DNA from: an uncultured Collinsella sp.
GTDB lineage: Bacteria > Actinomycetota > Coriobacteriia > Coriobacteriales > Coriobacteriaceae
Length of the DNA: 64,000 nucleotides
Assembly (NCBI GenBank): GCA_902406155.1
Contig: CABPCW010000001.1
Location: 8,272 to 72,271 of the forward strand
Reading direction: 5' to 3'
The translations under genes were made by a program, and so were the position numbers. This document shows, one piece after another, positions 19,939 to 29,921 of the stretch. Position 1 is the stretch's first letter, and the number at the start of each line of letters is the position of its first letter. Under the pieces are notes generated by a model. It was given only the letters and a program-made list of their open reading frames with translations. It had not been told where the DNA came from and did no database searches.

Positions 19939-22587
19939 ATGGTGAAAAAGTCACCGGAAAACACTACTCCCGCAATTGTGGACAACGTAGAGGCGCTTGA
20001 GGCTAAGCTCGCTCAGATGCGAGAGGCCCAGGCGCTTTTTGCTACGTACACGCAGGAGCAGGTCGACAAGATCTTCTATGAGGCCGCCATGGCCGCCAAC
20101 AAGGCTCGTATCCCGTTGGCGAAGATGGCCATCGAGGAGACCGGCCGCGGCGTTCTTGAGGACAAGGTCATCAAGAACCACTACGCCGCAGAGTACATCT
20201 ACAACGCTTACAAGAACACCAAGACCTGTGGCGTTCTGGAGCGCGACGAGGCTTACGGCATCACCAAGATCGCCGAGCCCATCGGCATCGTGGGCGCCGT
20301 CATCCCGACGACCAACCCCACCTCCACCGCGATCTTCAAGACGCTGATCAGCCTGAAGACCCGCAACGGCATCATCATCTCCCCGCACCCGGCAGCCGCC
20401 AAGTGCACCATCGCCGCCGCCAAGCTCGTGCTTGACGCCGCCGTCAAGGCCGGCGCCCCCGAGGGCATCATCGGCTGGGTCGATGTCCCCTCCATCGAGC
20501 TGACCAACATGGTCATGCGCGACGTCGACATCATCCTCGCCACCGGTGGCCCGGGCATGGTCAAGGCCGCCTACTCCTCGGGCAAGCCCGCCCTGGGCGT
20601 TGGCGCCGGTAACACCCCGGTCATCATCGACGACACCGCCGACGTGCTGCTCGCCGTCAACTCCATCATCCACTCCAAGACCTTCGACAACGGCATGATC
20701 TGCGCTTCCGAGCAGTCCGTGACCGTCATCGACACCATCTATGACCAGGTCAAAGCCGAGTTCCAGAAGCGCGGCTGCTACTTCGTCAAGCAGGGTGCCG
20801 AGATGGAGGCCCTGCGTGCCGCCATGTTCAAGAACGGCGCTCTCGATCACCGCATTCCCGGCATGGCTGCCGCCAAGATCGCCGAGCTCGCCGGCATCGA
20901 GGTTCCTGCCAAGACCAAGATCCTGATCGCCGAGGTCACCTCCACCGACCCCGCCAAGGAGGAGTTCTCCCACGAGAAGCTCTCCCCGGTCCTGGCCATG
21001 TATCACGCCAAGGACTTCCAGGAGGCCGTCGACAAGGCCGAGCACCTGGTGCTCGCCGGTGGCCCGGGCCACACCGCCTCTCTGTACGTGCACCCCGCCC
21101 AGGCCGAGAAGATCAGCCTGTTCGAGCACGTCATGAAGGCCTGCCGTATCGTCATCAACACCCCGTCCTCGCACGGCGGCATCGGTGATCTGTACAACTT
21201 TGGCATGAAGCCGTCTCTGACCCTGGGCTGCGGCTCCTGGGGCGGCAACTCCGTCTCCGAGAACGTTGGGGTGAAGCACTTGATCAACGTTAAGACTGTG
21301 GCCGAGCGCCGTGAGAACATGCTGTGGTTCCGCGCTCCCGAGAAGGTCTACTTCAAGAAGGGTTCCACGCCCGTCGCTCTCGACGAGCTCGGTACCGTCA
21401 TGGGCAAGAAGCGCGCCTTCATCGTCACCGACCAGTTCCTCTTCAAGAATGGCAACACCCGCGCCATCGAGGCCAAGCTCGACGAGATGGGCATCGCCCA
21501 CGACTGCTTCTACGACGTCGAGCCCGATCCGTCGCTGCAGTGCGCACGTCGCGGCGCCAAGCAGATGGCTCTCTTTGAGCCGGACGTCATCATCGCCGTC
21601 GGCGGTGGCTCCGCTATGGACGCCGGCAAGATCATGTGGATGATGTACGAGCACCCCGAGTGCAAGTTTGAGGACATGGCCATGGACTTCATGGACATCC
21701 GCAAGCGTATCTTCACTTTCCCCGAGATGGGCAAGAAGGCCTACTTCGTCGCCGTCCCGACCTCTTCGGGTACCGGCTCCGAGTGCACGCCGTTCGCCAT
21801 CATCACCGACAAGGAGACCGGCATCAAGTGGCCGCTCGCCGACTACGCGCTGCTCCCCAACATGGCTATCGTCGACGCCGACAACTGCATGACCGCCCCG
21901 CGCGGCCTGACCGCTGCCTCCGGCATCGACGTCATGACCCACGCCATCGAGTCCTACGTCTCCATCATGGCTTCCGACTACACCAAGGGCCTCTCCGAGC
22001 GCGCTGCTAAGCTCGTCTTCGAGAACCTGCCCTCCAGCTTCACGAACGGCGCCAAGGACCCGCATGCCCGCGAGGAGATGCACAACGCCTCTTGCATGGC
22101 CGGTATGGCCTTCGCCAACGCCTTCCTGGGCCTCAACCACTCCATGGCTCACAAGCTCGGCGCCTTCCATCACCTGCCTCACGGCCTCGCCAACGCCGTC
22201 ATCCTGACCCGCGTTATGCGCTACAACGCCGCCGAGGCTCCCGTCAAGATGGGTACCTTCTCCCAGTATCCTTACCCCAACGCGCTGCACAACTACGCCG
22301 AGATGGCCAAGTACTGCGGCATCGAGGGCAAGGACGACAAGGAGGTCTTCGAGAACTTCATCACGAAGCTCGAGGAACTCAAGGACTTCATCGGCGTCAA
22401 GAAGACCATCGCCGACTACGGTGTTGACGAGCAGTACTTCCTCGACACCCTCGACGAGATGACCGAGCAGGCATTCAACGACCAGTGCACCGGCGCAAAC
22501 CCGCGCTACCCGCTCATGAGCGAGATCAAGGAGCTCTACCTGGACGCCTACTACGGCCGCGAGCCTCAGGACTACGCCGTCTGCTAG
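19939..22587 (+). CDS. adhE: Bifunctional acetaldehyde-CoA/alcohol dehydrogenase
   Basis: PTTNPTST, GVGAGN, MICASEQ, GCGSWGGNS, ERRENM linker, GGGSAMD, PTSSGTGSE, HSMAHKLG. Confidence 0.97.
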   Translation: MVKKSPENTTPAIVDNVEALEAKLAQMREAQALFATYTQEQVDKIFYEAAMAANKARIPLAKMAIEETGRGVLEDKVIKNHYAAEYIYNAYKNTKTCGVLERDEAYGITKIAEPIGIVGAVIPTTNPTSTAIFKTLISLKTRNGIIISPHPAAAKCTIAAAKLVLDAAVKAGAPEGIIGWVDVPSIELTNMVMRDVDIILATGGPGMVKAAYSSGKPALGVGAGNTPVIIDDTADVLLAVNSIIHSKTFDNGMICASEQSVTVIDTIYDQVKAEFQKRGCYFVKQGAEMEALRAAMFKNGALDHRIPGMAAAKIAELAGIEVPAKTKILIAEVTSTDPAKEEFSHEKLSPVLAMYHAKDFQEAVDKAEHLVLAGGPGHTASLYVHPAQAEKISLFEHVMKACRIVINTPSSHGGIGDLYNFGMKPSLTLGCGSWGGNSVSENVGVKHLINVKTVAERRENMLWFRAPEKVYFKKGSTPVALDELGTVMGKKRAFIVTDQFLFKNGNTRAIEAKLDEMGIAHDCFYDVEPDPSLQCARRGAKQMALFEPDVIIAVGGGSAMDAGKIMWMMYEHPECKFEDMAMDFMDIRKRIFTFPEMGKKAYFVAVPTSSGTGSECTPFAIITDKETGIKWPLADYALLPNMAIVDADNCMTAPRGLTAASGIDVMTHAIESYVSIMASDYTKGLSERAAKLVFENLPSSFTNGAKDPHAREEMHNASCMAGMAFANAFLGLNHSMAHKLGAFHHLPHGLANAVILTRVMRYNAAEAPVKMGTFSQYPYPNALHNYAEMAKYCGIEGKDDKEVFENFITKLEELKDFIGVKKTIADYGVDEQYFLDTLDEMTEQAFNDQCTGANPRYPLMSEIKELYLDAYYGREPQDYAVC

Positions 22588-22675
22588 TTTTAGCACGGTT
22601 TTTAACGGCGGGGGTGCACGGGTGTATCACACACCCCCGCCGTCGCTTCTATCGCATCGTTGAAAGGATGCAACC

Positions 22676-23440
22676 ATGCTGCTACCCGATTCCAAGACCG
22701 AGCTCGTCCGCCGTGGCAACAAGGTCGTTTACGACCTGGGCGACAAGATCGTCAAGGTCTTTAACGAGACCAAGCCTGTCTCCGACGTGTTCAACGAGGC
22801 TTTGAATCTTGCCCGCATCAATGAGTGCGGCATCCGCAGCCCCAAGGCTCTCGAGGTTTCCCAGCTCGAGAACGCCAACGGCTGGGCGCTCGTGACCGAG
22901 AAGGTTCCGGGCACCACCCTTGCCGAGAAGATGACTGCTGAGCCCCAGCGCTTTGGTGAGTATCTCGAGATGTTCGTCGACCTCCAGATCGAGATCCACG
23001 GCTATACCTCCCCGCTGCTCAACCGTCAGCGCGACAAGTTCGCCCGCATGATCGACAGCCTTGATCAGCTCAATGCCACCACGCGCTACAACCTTCAGGA
23101 GCGTCTGGACGGCATGACCAAGGAGTTCAAGGTCTGCCACGGCGACTTCAACCCCTCCAACGTCATCGTCGGCGATGACGGCCAGCTCTATGTGTGCGAC
23201 TGGGCACACGCCACCCAGGGCTCCCCTGCTGCCGACGTTGCCACCACCTACCTGCTCTTCGCCCTCAACAGCAAGGACCAGGCTGAGGCCTACCTGGAGC
23301 TCTACTGCGACCGCGCCGACATGCCCATGCAGGTCGTGCGTCAGTGGACGAGCATCGTCGCCGCTTCCGAGCTCGCTCGTAAGCGCAACGTGAACGATGA
23401 GTTCCTGAAGAACTGGATCGACGTCGTCGATTATCAGTAA
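22676..23440 (+). CDS. Aminoglycoside-phosphotransferase/choline-kinase-like protein of unknown substrate
   Basis: KIVKVF, CHGDFNPSNVI catalytic loop, CDW metal-binding motif. Confidence 0.8.
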   Translation: MLLPDSKTELVRRGNKVVYDLGDKIVKVFNETKPVSDVFNEALNLARINECGIRSPKALEVSQLENANGWALVTEKVPGTTLAEKMTAEPQRFGEYLEMFVDLQIEIHGYTSPLLNRQRDKFARMIDSLDQLNATTRYNLQERLDGMTKEFKVCHGDFNPSNVIVGDDGQLYVCDWAHATQGSPAADVATTYLLFALNSKDQAEAYLELYCDRADMPMQVVRQWTSIVAASELARKRNVNDEFLKNWIDVVDYQ

Positions 23441-23472
23441 TATCTGAGCGATTTATTTCGCATCGGAGGCAC

Positions 23473-23513
23473 AAGAAAACCCCGCAGCTCATATGGGCTG
23501 TGGGGTTTTCTTT
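23473..23513 (+). terminator. Intrinsic (possibly bidirectional) terminator after the kinase gene
   Basis: aagaaaaccccgcagc/gctgtggggttttctt stem. Confidence 0.8.
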
Positions 23514-23534
23514 ACCCATCGAGTTTATTCCAAC

Positions 23535-23579
23535 AAAATAGACTGCTCCGCATCTCATCCTAAGAGAGATACGGAGCAG
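23535..23579 (-). terminator. Intrinsic terminator of proS
   Basis: ctgctccgcatctc/gagatacggagcag stem, followed by tatttt on the minus strand. Confidence 0.65.
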
Positions 23580-23612
23580 CCCCGCAATTACATCTAATAG
23601 CAGAAACGTCGA

Positions 23613-25334
23613 TTAACGGCGGGCCGCCTTAACAAGCTCGGCAATCTTGGCGACGACCTCGTCGATCGCCACGTCCTCACGCTCGCCCGTGGCACGGTCC
23701 TTGAGCTCCACAGTACCATTCTTGAGGCCACGCTTGCCAAGCACGACCTGATACGGGAAGCCCATGAGGTCGTTATCGGCAAACTTAAAGCCAGGACGCT
23801 CGTCACGGTCATCGACGACAACCTCGATACCCTCGGCGCACAGGCCCTCGACGATTTGGTCGCAAACGTTAGCGCACTCCTCCTTCTTGGGATCGAGCGG
23901 AATCACCGCGACCTCGTACGGGGCAACGGAGACCGGCCAGACGATGCCGTGTTCGTCGTTGTGCTGCTCCACGACGGCAGCAAGCGAGCGGGACACACCA
24001 ACGCCGTAGCAACCCATGATAAGCGGCTTCTCCTTGCCGTCCTCGTCCATAAAGGTGGCGCCCATGGCCTCGGAATACTTGGTACCCAGCTGGAAGACCT
24101 GCGAGACCTCGATGCCGCGAGCAGCAGAGAGCGGCTTGCCGCAGTGCGGGCAGGGATCGCCGGCAACGACGGTTACCAGGTCGGCCCACTCGTCGACGGT
24201 AAAGTCGCGCTCGGGGCAGGCACCGGTAAAGTGATAATCGACCTCGTTGGCACCGCAGGCCCACTGCTTGGACTCGCGCAGGCTCTCGTCGCACACCAGG
24301 CGAATGCCCTCGGGCAGGTTAACCGGTCCGATAAAGCCCTTATGCAGACCGTAGGTCTGGAGCTCCTCATCAGTCATCATGCGATAGGCCTTGCCAAAGA
24401 CATGCTCGGCCTTGCAATCGTTGAGCTCGTGGTCGCCCGGAACAATGGCCACGACGGGCTTGCCCTCGGCGTCGAGGAGTGCCAGAGACTTGCGCGTGCC
24501 GTTCTCGGGGAAGCCGAAGAACTTTGCAACGGCCTCGATGGTGCCCATGCCCGGAGTCTCGACCTTGGTAAGCGTACCGTCGCCAGGACCCTCGGTCACA
24601 ACGACCTTGGTGCTTGCGGCCTCATCGTCGGCAGCGAAGCCGCAATCGTCGCAGTAGACGAGCGAAGCCTCGCCAGCGTCGGCCAAAGCCATGTACTCGA
24701 CGGAGGTATCGCCACCGATCTCGCCGGAGTCGGCGACAACGGGCAGAGCCTTGATGTAGCAGCGCTCGCAAATGTTGGCATAGGCCTGCTTCATCTTGTC
24801 GTACTCCTCCTGCAGGCTCTCCTGCGTAGCAGAGAAGCTGTAGGCGTCCTTCATGATGAACTCGCGACCGCGCATCAGGCCAAAACGGGGACGGAACTCG
24901 TCGCGGAACTTATCCTGGATGTGATAAAGGTTCACTGGCAGCTGCTTGTAGGAACGCAACTCATTGCGCACCAGGGCAGTCACGGTCTCCTCGTGCGTGG
25001 GTCCGAGCACAAACTCGCGGCCGTGGCGGTCATCAAAGCGCACAAGCTCCTTGCCATAGGCATCGATACGGCCGGACTCACGCCACAGCTCGGCATCGAC
25101 CATGATGGGCATCATGAGCTCCTGAGCACCGGCGGCATCCATCTCGTCGCGCACGATGTTCTCGATCTTGCGGATCGAGCGCCAAGCGAGCGGCAGATAG
25201 GAATACAGGCCGGCGGCCTCCTTGCGGATCATGCCAGCGCGAAGCAGCAGACGGTGGCTCGCTAGCTCGGCATCCGCCGGATCCTCTTTGAGCGTCGGCG
25301 CATAGAGCTTAGACATATACATTGCTCGGGTCAT
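23613..25334 (-). CDS. proS: Proline--tRNA ligase (with editing insertion)
   Basis: SHRLLLRAG, GPTHEE, KFRDEFRPRFGLMRGREF, MGCYGVGVSR, DDRDERPG. Confidence 0.97.
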   Translation of the reverse strand: MTRAMYMSKLYAPTLKEDPADAELASHRLLLRAGMIRKEAAGLYSYLPLAWRSIRKIENIVRDEMDAAGAQELMMPIMVDAELWRESGRIDAYGKELVRFDDRHGREFVLGPTHEETVTALVRNELRSYKQLPVNLYHIQDKFRDEFRPRFGLMRGREFIMKDAYSFSATQESLQEEYDKMKQAYANICERCYIKALPVVADSGEIGGDTSVEYMALADAGEASLVYCDDCGFAADDEAASTKVVVTEGPGDGTLTKVETPGMGTIEAVAKFFGFPENGTRKSLALLDAEGKPVVAIVPGDHELNDCKAEHVFGKAYRMMTDEELQTYGLHKGFIGPVNLPEGIRLVCDESLRESKQWACGANEVDYHFTGACPERDFTVDEWADLVTVVAGDPCPHCGKPLSAARGIEVSQVFQLGTKYSEAMGATFMDEDGKEKPLIMGCYGVGVSRSLAAVVEQHNDEHGIVWPVSVAPYEVAVIPLDPKKEECANVCDQIVEGLCAEGIEVVVDDRDERPGFKFADNDLMGFPYQVVLGKRGLKNGTVELKDRATGEREDVAIDEVVAKIAELVKAARR

Positions 25335-26417
25335 TTATTTCTCCTCAATAAGTTTGTCGACCTCGGCCATAAGCGCGTCGACAATTTGATCCTCAGCTAC
25401 TTTACCAATGATCTGGCCATGCGAAAAGAGCAGGCCCTGACCACGTCCGCAGGCAACACCCAGGTCGGCGTCAGATGCCTCTCCGGGGCCGTTGACCGCA
25501 CATCCCATCACGGCGATCGAAAGCGGCGCGGAATAGTTCTTAAGCCGCTCGGTGACCTCCTCGGCGATGGGAATCAGGTTAACCTGGCAGCGGGCGCACG
25601 TGGGGCACGAGACAATCTCGGGACCACGGCGACGCAGGCCCAGCGACTGTAGAATTCCCCAGGCGACCGGCGGCTCCTCAACCGGATCGGCCGTGAGCGA
25701 CACACGCATGGTGTCACCGATGCCTTCGGAAAGCAAGATACCCAAGCCTACAGAGCTCTTGATGGTGCCCTGAAGCTTGGTCCCCGCCTCCGTCACGCCC
25801 AGGTGGAGCGGAACATGCGGTATCTCGCGCGACAGGGCGCGATAGGTATCAAGTGTCGTCTGTACGCTATGGGCCTTGGCGGATAGCACGATGTTGGTAA
25901 ACCCACGGTCCTCAAAGTGCCGCACAAAGCGCTCGCTCGACATCACGAGCTTTTCGGGCTGCGTGAGGTCGTCGCGCTCGGCAATATCTTGCTCAAGCGA
26001 GCCCGCGTTCACGCCAATGCGAATCGCACAGCCCGCGGCACCCGCAGCATCGATCACCGCGTCAACCTTGGCCCAATCGCCGATATTGCCGGGATTGATG
26101 CGCAGCTTGGCGGCACCGGCCTCAACGGCACCAATGGCGAGCTTATGGTTAAAGTGGATATCGGCGACAATCGGCACCGGAGACTCGGCACAGATGGTGC
26201 GGAAGCCCTCAAGCGCGGCCTCGGAGGGCACGCTCACGCGCACGATATCGCAGCCAGCCTGCGCCAACGCGCACACTTGCGCAAGCGTTGCCTGGGCATC
26301 AGCGGTATCGGTGCAGGTCATAGACTGAACCACGACCGGAGCGCCACCACCGATCTGCACGCCGCCCACATGCACGGGGCGTGTCAACTCGCGAGGCAAA
26401 GGATGGGATAAAGACAA
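25335..26417 (-). CDS. ispG: HMB-PP synthase IspG (GcpE)
   Basis: VQSMT, ADIHF, RINPGN, RIGVNAGS, CPTCAR, MGCAVNGPGE; TTG start inferred from a GGGAG RBS. Confidence 0.95.
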   Translation of the reverse strand: MSLSHPLPRELTRPVHVGGVQIGGGAPVVVQSMTCTDTADAQATLAQVCALAQAGCDIVRVSVPSEAALEGFRTICAESPVPIVADIHFNHKLAIGAVEAGAAKLRINPGNIGDWAKVDAVIDAAGAAGCAIRIGVNAGSLEQDIAERDDLTQPEKLVMSSERFVRHFEDRGFTNIVLSAKAHSVQTTLDTYRALSREIPHVPLHLGVTEAGTKLQGTIKSSVGLGILLSEGIGDTMRVSLTADPVEEPPVAWGILQSLGLRRRGPEIVSCPTCARCQVNLIPIAEEVTERLKNYSAPLSIAVMGCAVNGPGEASDADLGVACGRGQGLLFSHGQIIGKVAEDQIVDALMAEVDKLIEEK

Positions 26418-26430
26418 TCCAAACACTCCC

Positions 26431-27792
26431 CTACAGAATAAAACGAAGGATGTCGGAACGAAGCATATAGACAAACAGCAGTGCAAAGAGCGCGATGCCG
26501 ACATAGCTGACGATTGTCTGCACTTTGAGCGGCAGCTCGCGGCCCGCAATCTTTTGAATGATCTCGATGACCAGCTTGCCGCCATCGAGTGGTGGGATGG
26601 GCAGCAGGTTCATAAAGCCAAGCGAGAACGAAATGAGGGCGGCAAACGAAAGGAACGTGGCAGGGCCGGCAGCAGCGGCCTGTGAGGACATAACGCTAAT
26701 ACCAACGATCGAAGAAGACTGATCGAGAATCTCCATCGTATGCTGCGGCTGGAGCAGGCGCATCACGCCATCCGCTGTCTGCACGACATAGGAGAACGAC
26801 AGGCGAGCCGACGTGATGGGGTCTAAACGGACCACCTGCGTAGAGGCATACACACCTAGGCGCTCGTCCTCTTTGAGCGCAACCGTGGTCGAATGCTGCT
26901 TGCCGTCACGCTCGTACTCGATGGCGATATCGTCCTTACCGGCAGCCTTGCCGATGGCATCGTAGACATCCATCCAAGTGGAACATGAGACACCGTCAAC
27001 CGAAAGGATCGCGTCACCGCCCTCGATACCCGCCTTGGCGGCAATAGACCCCTCGTCAACCTGACCGATCACGTTGGTATCCATCGGCACGGTGACACCC
27101 GCAATGGAATAGATGCTCATAAGGAGCAAAAAACCCGTCAAGATATTGACGATAATGCCCGCGAGCAGCATAAAGGCGCGCTTGAGAAAGCCTTGGCCAA
27201 GATAGGTGTGCGAGCGCTCTTGCGCAAGGAACTCGGCCTCGCCGCACGGCAGCTCCCACACATCGCCCTCGGCAGTCGCATGTTCGCGATCGAAACGGCG
27301 ACCATCAAAGGTGGTATAGCCTGCCTTGTCTCGCGGCAACGTCTGATATTTGGTGGGATAGTAGCTCGGCGAGGGCTTCTCCCCTTCCTCATACCAGGGC
27401 GCGATGGAGCCCCAGCCCAGCAAAAGGGCGCATGCCTCGAGCACATCCTCCTCGGAAAGCTCGAGCTCGACAGCAAGGTCGGCCACGGTCACGCGACCAT
27501 GACGATAGATAGCCGCGAGCACGCGGTCGGCGCACGAAACATCGGTCGGATCCATACCGCAGATGGCAGCGTAGCCACCCAGCAGCAGCGGGGTCACGCC
27601 AAACTTGGTTCCAATGCGACGCGACGTGTAATGGATGTCAAAGCGGCACGGCAGACCCAAAAAGAACTCGGTCACACGGACGCCGCAGGCACGCGCCGCC
27701 AAAAAGTGGCCGCCCTCGTGCAAAAACACGAGGACGGAAAGCATCAGCAGGCCCCAAAAGACCGATGAGAGAACGCTCAGAACAGTATCCAT
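26431..27792 (-). CDS. rseP: Site-2 intramembrane metalloprotease RseP with one PDZ domain and an extra cytoplasmic insert
   Basis: HEGGH, GGY loop, PDZ (AAKAGIEGGDAILSVDG), NLLPIPPLDGG; dxr-rseP-ispG synteny. Confidence 0.92.
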   Translation of the reverse strand: MDTVLSVLSSVFWGLLMLSVLVFLHEGGHFLAARACGVRVTEFFLGLPCRFDIHYTSRRIGTKFGVTPLLLGGYAAICGMDPTDVSCADRVLAAIYRHGRVTVADLAVELELSEEDVLEACALLLGWGSIAPWYEEGEKPSPSYYPTKYQTLPRDKAGYTTFDGRRFDREHATAEGDVWELPCGEAEFLAQERSHTYLGQGFLKRAFMLLAGIIVNILTGFLLLMSIYSIAGVTVPMDTNVIGQVDEGSIAAKAGIEGGDAILSVDGVSCSTWMDVYDAIGKAAGKDDIAIEYERDGKQHSTTVALKEDERLGVYASTQVVRLDPITSARLSFSYVVQTADGVMRLLQPQHTMEILDQSSSIVGISVMSSQAAAAGPATFLSFAALISFSLGFMNLLPIPPLDGGKLVIEIIQKIAGRELPLKVQTIVSYVGIALFALLFVYMLRSDILRFIL

Positions 27793-27817
27793 AAAACGAA
27801 AAAGCAATCCTTATGGG

Positions 27818-29005
27818 TTAGGAACGGGTTGCGGCGAGCACCTGCGCAGCCTTTTCACGCGCCCACGCATCGATGTCGCGAAGCTGCTCAAACGAATCGA
27901 CCACCTGCATATCGTGGGCGTCCATGCAGGATTCCACAATGCGATCGATATCGGTAAAGCTGCAGCCATCGTGCAGGAAGGCATCGACGGCGACCTCGTT
28001 GGCGGCATTGAGCACGCACGGCATGGTGCCACCCGTCTTGCCGGCACGCTCGGCCAGTGCCAGACAGCGGAAGGTATCCATGTCGGCAGCATCAAACGTG
28101 AGCTGCCCCAGCTCGCGGAAATCGATACGAGGCGCCGGAGTATCCCAACGCTCGGGATACGAGAACGCGAACTGGATGGGAATACGCATGTCGGATGCAC
28201 CGAGATGCGCCATCACGGAGCCGTCGGCGAACTCGACCATAGAGTGAATCTTGGACTGACGCTGCACGACCACGTTAATGAAATCGAGGTCGCAGTTAAA
28301 CAGATGCATGGCCTCAATGCGCTCCAGGCCCTTGTTCATGAGGGTGGCGGAGTCAATGGTGATCTTGGCACCCATGGCCCACGTGGGATGCGCGAGGGCA
28401 TCGGCACGCGTCACGCGATCGAGCTCGTCGCGCGTGCGGCCAAAGAACGGACCGCCCGAGCAGGTGAGCCAAATGCAGTGGGCCTCGCGCGGGTTCTCCC
28501 CCAGATAGCACTGGTAGATGGCGGAATGCTCAGAGTCGACCGGAATAAGCTGGCCCGGTTGCGCCAACGGCATAAGCAAGTTGCCACCGACGACGAGGGA
28601 CTCCTTGTTGGCAAGGGCAAGGCGCTTATTCGAGGTCAAGGCCGCATGGCTCGCCTCGAGACCGGCGGCGCCCACAATAGCGACGAGCACGCAGTCGACA
28701 TCGTCGCGACGCGCGAGCTCGCAAACCGCCTGCGCGCCAACGCCGAGCTGTGTGCCCTCGGGCAACTCCTGCAGCACGGCGTCATCGCCATGAGCGACAT
28801 CGGCAACGGCAACCGCCGGAACCGAGAACTCGCGGGCAGCGGCAACGAGCTCCGAGGTGCTGGAATTAACGGACAGCGCCGTCACCTGCAGGCGATCGGC
28901 ATGCTGGCGGCACACATCGAGCGCCTGGGTGCCGATAGAGCCCGTACAACCCAGGATGGCAACGCGAAGGCGTCCATCGGGGCCATACGTCGTCTGGAAG
29001 GACAT
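27818..29005 (-). CDS. dxr: DXP reductoisomerase
   Basis: LGCTGSIG, LANKESLV, PVDSEHSA, MGAKITIDSATLMNKGLE, NAANE. Confidence 0.96.
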   Translation of the reverse strand: MSFQTTYGPDGRLRVAILGCTGSIGTQALDVCRQHADRLQVTALSVNSSTSELVAAAREFSVPAVAVADVAHGDDAVLQELPEGTQLGVGAQAVCELARRDDVDCVLVAIVGAAGLEASHAALTSNKRLALANKESLVVGGNLLMPLAQPGQLIPVDSEHSAIYQCYLGENPREAHCIWLTCSGGPFFGRTRDELDRVTRADALAHPTWAMGAKITIDSATLMNKGLERIEAMHLFNCDLDFINVVVQRQSKIHSMVEFADGSVMAHLGASDMRIPIQFAFSYPERWDTPAPRIDFRELGQLTFDAADMDTFRCLALAERAGKTGGTMPCVLNAANEVAVDAFLHDGCSFTDIDRIVESCMDAHDMQVVDSFEQLRDIDAWAREKAAQVLAATRS

Positions 29006-29919
29006 TACAGCACGCCTCCGATCATCAGCAACAGCTGTGCGGTGATGCAACCGAAGATAAGCGAATCGCTACGATCGAGCATTCCGCCGTGGCCCGGGAT
29101 AAGGTTGCCGGAATCCTTGACGCCCACACCGCGCTTGATGCGCGACTCGATAAGGTCGCCGATAACGCCCAGAATGGACACGACCACGCCGCACAGCAGC
29201 GCATAGGGCAGGCTGAGCTTGTAGAAGTGCGTCGCCCACAGGATGAGCCAAATCAAAACCGAGCCCAAGATGCCGCCGGCAAACCCCTCCCAGCTCTTTT
29301 TGGGGGAGATCTTGGGAACCATCTTGTGCTTGCCGATACGGCTGCCCACGATGTAGGCAAACGAATCGGAGACCCAAAGGGACGCGCAAACGCCCACTGA
29401 AAGCAGGGCGCCGGCAAAACCGGGCACGGCATCGCGCAGCAGCACGATAGCCGACAGCATAAAGCCAGTGTAGATGGGACCCATGAGCGTCACGGCCACA
29501 TCAGAGATGCGGGTACGCGGCGACCAGACATACCAAATGCCCACAGCGAGCATCAAGGCAAAAAGCAGGGCATTCAGCAACATCGAATCGCCCAACGCCG
29601 ACAGCGGAAAGAGTACGGCGGCAGCGATACCCATGCGCTCGTTAGCCATCTTGCCATCGAGCCTTGTCATACGGAAAAACTCATAGCAGCACAGACCGCT
29701 CATGACAGAAACAAAGATGGCCGTGGGCACGATACCCAAAACCAGGCACAGGATAAAGACAACGGCGTAGACGATACCGGCGGCGGCACGGGTAATAAAG
29801 CCCGCCAGCCACGAACCGGTGCCGCTCTTCGCTGCAGGCGCTCCCGCAGTGGCAGCCTTGCGCGCAGGCGCCGCGGAAACTGGCGTCTTGGGAGCAGATG
29901 CCTTGGGACGATCGGACAC
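29005..29919 (-). CDS. cdsA: Phosphatidate cytidylyltransferase
   Basis: ISPKKSWEG, GDLIESRIKR..VKDSG..PGHGGMLDR. Confidence 0.95.
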   Translation of the reverse strand: MSDRPKASAPKTPVSAAPARKAATAGAPAAKSGTGSWLAGFITRAAAGIVYAVVFILCLVLGIVPTAIFVSVMSGLCCYEFFRMTRLDGKMANERMGIAAAVLFPLSALGDSMLLNALLFALMLAVGIWYVWSPRTRISDVAVTLMGPIYTGFMLSAIVLLRDAVPGFAGALLSVGVCASLWVSDSFAYIVGSRIGKHKMVPKISPKKSWEGFAGGILGSVLIWLILWATHFYKLSLPYALLCGVVVSILGVIGDLIESRIKRGVGVKDSGNLIPGHGGMLDRSDSLIFGCITAQLLLMIGGVL

Positions 29920-29921
29920 GA

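Noticed and set aside
19951..22596. 881-aa minus-strand ORF, and similar long ORFs opposite ppdK, rpsB/tsf, pyrC, obgE and pbp2
   Set aside because: Codon-aligned antisense shadows of well-supported genes
22676..23440. Possible aminoglycoside resistance gene
   Set aside because: Only the general APH/choline-kinase fold is evident; native codon usage and no mobile context
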